Of a stretch of DNA of 64,000 nucleotides, positions 60,519 through 64,000 are shown piece by piece. Position 1 is the stretch's first letter, and every line of letters starts with the position of its first letter. The position numbers and the translations under genes are program-made. The notes below the pieces were generated by a model. That model saw only the letters and a list, made by a program, of their open reading frames with translations. It did no database searches and had not been told where the DNA came from. The DNA comes from Octopus vulgaris. Lineage: Eukaryota. The stretch lies in NCBI GenBank assembly GCA_951406725.2, contig OX597832.1:34162001-34226000 (forward strand). Direction: 5' to 3'.

Positions 60519-60603
60519 TATATATATACATGCACACGCATTCATATACGCATACATACACGCAGATTAATATACTTATACATAAACATCCATACACACA
60601 CAT

Positions 60604-60848
60604 ACATAATTAATAGAAATGCACTATCTCAGAGTGAGATCTTTGTAGGCTGACGTGATCTAAACTGTATTTATGGACATAAGTAGAATATATATAAGAT
60701 TTGAAAGTGACAAGATAGATCTAGTGCTATACGTACATGTATGCACATATCTATACGCACACACACATATCAATTTGCACATATATACACATTTATATAG
60801 GTATATACTCATATACATATTGAGTGTGACAAAGACAATCACACACAG

Positions 60849-60903
<55 letters not shown>

Positions 60904-61038
60904 CCTCGATGCATATGCATACACGTACATAATTAATAGAAATGTAATATCTGTAAGTGAGATGTGTTGTAGATTGACGTGATCAAAACTGTATTTATGG
61001 ACATAAGTGGAATGTATAAAACTTAAAAGTGACAAGAT
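60604..61038. repeat. Diverged local direct duplication (~112 bp x2)
   Basis: 60604-60716 and 60927-61038 share ACATAATTAATAGAAATG..TGACGTGATC.AAACTGTATTTATGGACATAAGT..AAAGTGACAAGAT. Confidence 0.85.
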
Positions 61039-61289
61039 CTATCTCGATGATGTTTGAGGAGAAGTTGCTAGACTGAACTGCATTCAGTTCCATCCTCCTG
61101 CCCCATGTCTATCTATCTTTCGATATCTGTAGGTATACATTGATTATGTATATATGTACGTATGAATCTATGTATAAATATATCGATAGACAGAGAGAGA
61201 TTTGTGTATGTGTTTCTACTCATTTGTGTACGCGCACATTATATGAATGTAGGTGTGTGTGTATATATATATATATATATACACATCTA

Positions 61290-61320
<31 letters not shown>

Positions 61321-61571
61321 CATACATACGTATATATATATATATATATACATACATACGTATATATGTATATAAATATATATATACATACATACGTATA
61401 TATGTATATAAATATATATATACATACATACGTATATATGTATATATATATATACGTATATATATATATACGTATATATGTATATATATATATATTTATG
61501 ATTGTGTATATATATGTATTATCTGTTTATCTATGAATCTATATCGCCTTCTCTCTTTTTCTCTCTGTGCG

Positions 61572-61611
<40 letters not shown>

Positions 61612-61992
61612 CGTGTGTGTGTGTGTGTGTGTGTATATTCGTACATGTACATATATATGTAATTACCTATGCACATAGTTCAGTTTATCTAGAATATTAG
61701 CGCGTCTGTCTATACATTCATTTGAAGGTATGAGTATATAAAATTTTTATCTGAGATACCAGATGAGGCCGCATTGCACAAGAGGTACAAAGGCAAACTA
61801 CTCCGTCCAGCTCGCCATTTCCCAGAAATTGTACAGAAAAAAGAAACCCAATCACAGTGAAAGATAATGCCCCAGCATGGCCTCGGCCTCTGGCTGAAAA
61901 TAGTAAACAATAAAAGATATATATATATATATATGTGTTTGTGTGTGTGTGTGTGTGTATTATAGATGTATTTGTGTGTGTATATATATATA

Positions 61993-62037
<45 letters not shown>

Positions 62038-62083
62038 TACTCACACGAACACATACGTAGACATATTATAATGGGGGAGGCCG

Positions 62084-62153
62084 GTTTATGACGTTACCCT
62101 ATGTTTCTCGCTCATAAAAAATTAGCCTTATGGCATATCTTCAGACCCCAAAC
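62084..62153 (-). ncRNA. Hammerhead-like motif in the 3' region of the PLE
   Basis: Minus strand CTGAAGA (62144-62138), stem II CATAA/TTATG, GAAAC..GTC, about 60 nt after the PLE stop codon. Confidence 0.55.
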
Positions 62154-62210
62154 ACTGTCAAACTATGGAGGGGGAAATACCTCGCTATAAAGGTAAACAC
62201 CAGGTGATTA

Positions 62211-63435
62211 TCACCCTTTGCCATTGGCCATCGAGCTTCCGCTGCGCCGACACCTTTCGGTCACCGTCTTACGGTCATCAAAGGACAACGAAGATAAATG
62301 ATGATCTCCCTTCGGCCTTGGGTATTGGCTTCCGGCTGTAGTGTCGCCTTGCAGATTCCAAAAGACCAACAGGTATCTTCTAAAATGCAAGCAAGGCCCG
62401 AAAATCTTCATCCTTGAGTTCAGTATGCTCCCTTGCACGAGCGAGTCTTTTAGAATTCTCTTTCGTTCGGTAATGCATTACTTGCAACGTTTCGTCCCGT
62501 TGATGTAGGGCCCTGGGTTCTCAAGTATTTTCCATGCAATCGAGTATGGTATCCCTTTGTCTCTTACTTGCCAGATATGGCTATCCAGCGCTGTCAGATA
62601 TCTTCTTTCCGAGACACTGAAGGAGGATGAATGATTGGAAAGATGCTGTTTGAGAGAATTCCCAGTGTATCCCACATAGTTACGTAGGCGCGTGATGTCG
62701 GTGCACCTGTTGATTTTGTAAGTGCTGCTGTTGCTGGCGGTGTTGGTGCTACTGTTGCTGCTGCCGTTGTCGCTGAAGGAGATGGGGCTGCTGCTGGTGT
62801 TGGAGGTGATTCCGCTGCTGTTGTTGTTAGTGATGTTGCCATCAAATGTGGCGGTGTTGGCGATGGTGGCTGTGTTCTCATGCCTACGGCCGTTATTGCC
62901 TCTGCCGGTATTAATGGTATATCCTTCTAGAACCTCGACTTCATAGACGACCGCTTTGGTTTTGCAGCGGCCTCCTACCGGGCTACTGCTTCGGCTCCTG
63001 CATGAACAACTTGCCTCTTCCTGTGTCTTAGGGGCACTAACTAGGATGCTTTTAATGTTGGGGGTTCAGATAAACGCGACCCTAACGTTGTGCCTGTTGA
63101 ATATGGGCTCGTACCTATAGGAGTTGATGAAATGCTTATCTATGAATTTATGGAATAGTTTAACTTCGGGTGTTATTGTGTTAAGGGAGTCGGTGTGGGG
63201 GGCAAGTCAGATTCTATTTCTGCGGTGATTCCTTCTGCGGCTGTTGGCTTCTGGCATGTTGAAGATGCGGTCCCTGAACCTGCTGGCAGCTAAGGCTTTA
63301 TTATAGTACGGGGCTGCTGCGTCGAAGGCTTCTTCGCAAGAGCAAAGGCCCCAAATCCTTTTAATGACGCCTTTTACCAAGTTCTTGATTACTATGTGTT
63401 GATGACAGGAAACTGTTGGTGACAGGAAGCTGTGG
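62211..63435 (-). mobile_element. Penelope-like element remnant (RT thumb/linker plus C-terminal GIY-YIG endonuclease)
   Basis: One frame with 3 internal stops: IKNLVKG..YYNKAL..RNRI*LAP..FIDKHF..IFNRHNVRV..SCSCR..PVGGRC..AVVY-(88 aa)-YVGYT..LKQHLSNHSSSF..TALDSHIW..IAWKILE..Y.NGTKRCK*CITE..ILNSR..C.H. Confidence 0.9.
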
Positions 63436-63559
63436 GTGGAGGGTGGCGCGTCACCAATTTATCCGCCAACAAAGACACTTTTGAAAAGTCGCCTCATGTT
63501 ATAACGCTGCATTAGAAAAGTCCAACTTCAAGAATAACATACACTATATTGAACCAAAT

Positions 63560-64000
63560 ATAAATGGACGAAGACGATGCAGACAGAGGAAAATCTTATG
63601 GTTCAGCCCACCTTATAGCATGAATACAGCTACTAACATAGCTAGGAAATTCCTAAACAATAAACTTAGCTATAGTTGCTTCCCCAATGTAGGGTCAATA
63701 ATACTAAACCACAATAAACATAGACATACCAGAAACACTCTCAAATGACAATGTAACTGTAAATACCCAAACGGCTGCTCTTTAAACAGCAACTGTCTCG
63801 AGGAAGAGCTCGTATATAAGATCACGGACCTCAACTAAATACCAAAGACGTATATCGGAATGACGGGCCACTCGCTCAAAGAAAGGTATACACATCTGAC
63901 ATCATTCAGAAACAAAAGCCAAAAAGCATGCAAGATCCCTCTCAAATATGATATGGATATTGAAATAAGTTGGAATAGGCAACCCCCAGATAGAGCTGAA
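63560..64000 (+). mobile_element. Second, divergently oriented Penelope-like GIY-YIG remnant (different family)
   Basis: RQRKILWFSPPYSMNTATNIARKFL..KLSYSCFPNVGSII.NHN..CNCKYPNGCSLNSNCLEEELVYK..KTYIGMTGHSLKERYT. Confidence 0.88.

Noticed and set aside
63066-63068. In-frame TGA at a conserved Cys position of the PLE (selenocysteine, as described for Naiad PLEs)
   Set aside because: The same frame has a TGA at a Trp position and a TAA, the endonuclease is C-terminal, and no SECIS was recognised. Decay is the simpler explanation.

Overview
This is AT-rich eukaryotic DNA saturated with microsatellites. The SINE families and repeat style suggest a coleoid cephalopod such as Octopus (inference). 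Almost all ORFs in the supplied track are translations of (TA)n, (CA)n or (TATG)n tracts and are not genes. The only host-gene signal is at the left edge: a compact minus-strand Pol II promoter (3 CCAAT boxes, TACGTG, a perfect ETS site, TATAAAA) followed by a strong-Kozak ATG at 53 whose ORF runs out of the window. The rest is transposon debris: tRNA-derived SINEs of several families, CR1-like, RTE and R4/Dong LINE fragments, three Penelope-like (PLE) GIY-YIG fragments, three Tc1/mariner remnants, a non-autonomous Helitron and a candidate solo LTR. The most notable signal is about 11 dispersed type I hammerhead-ribozyme-like motifs (CUGANGA...GAAA, most with a palindromic minimal stem III). 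Two are nearly intact (4102-4149, 53020-53097), several carry very long stem II insertions, and two flank PLE ORF remnants. One PLE endonuclease has an in-frame 88-aa low-complexity insert between its GIY and YIG motifs. All calls come from manual reading; no database searches or folding programs were run.
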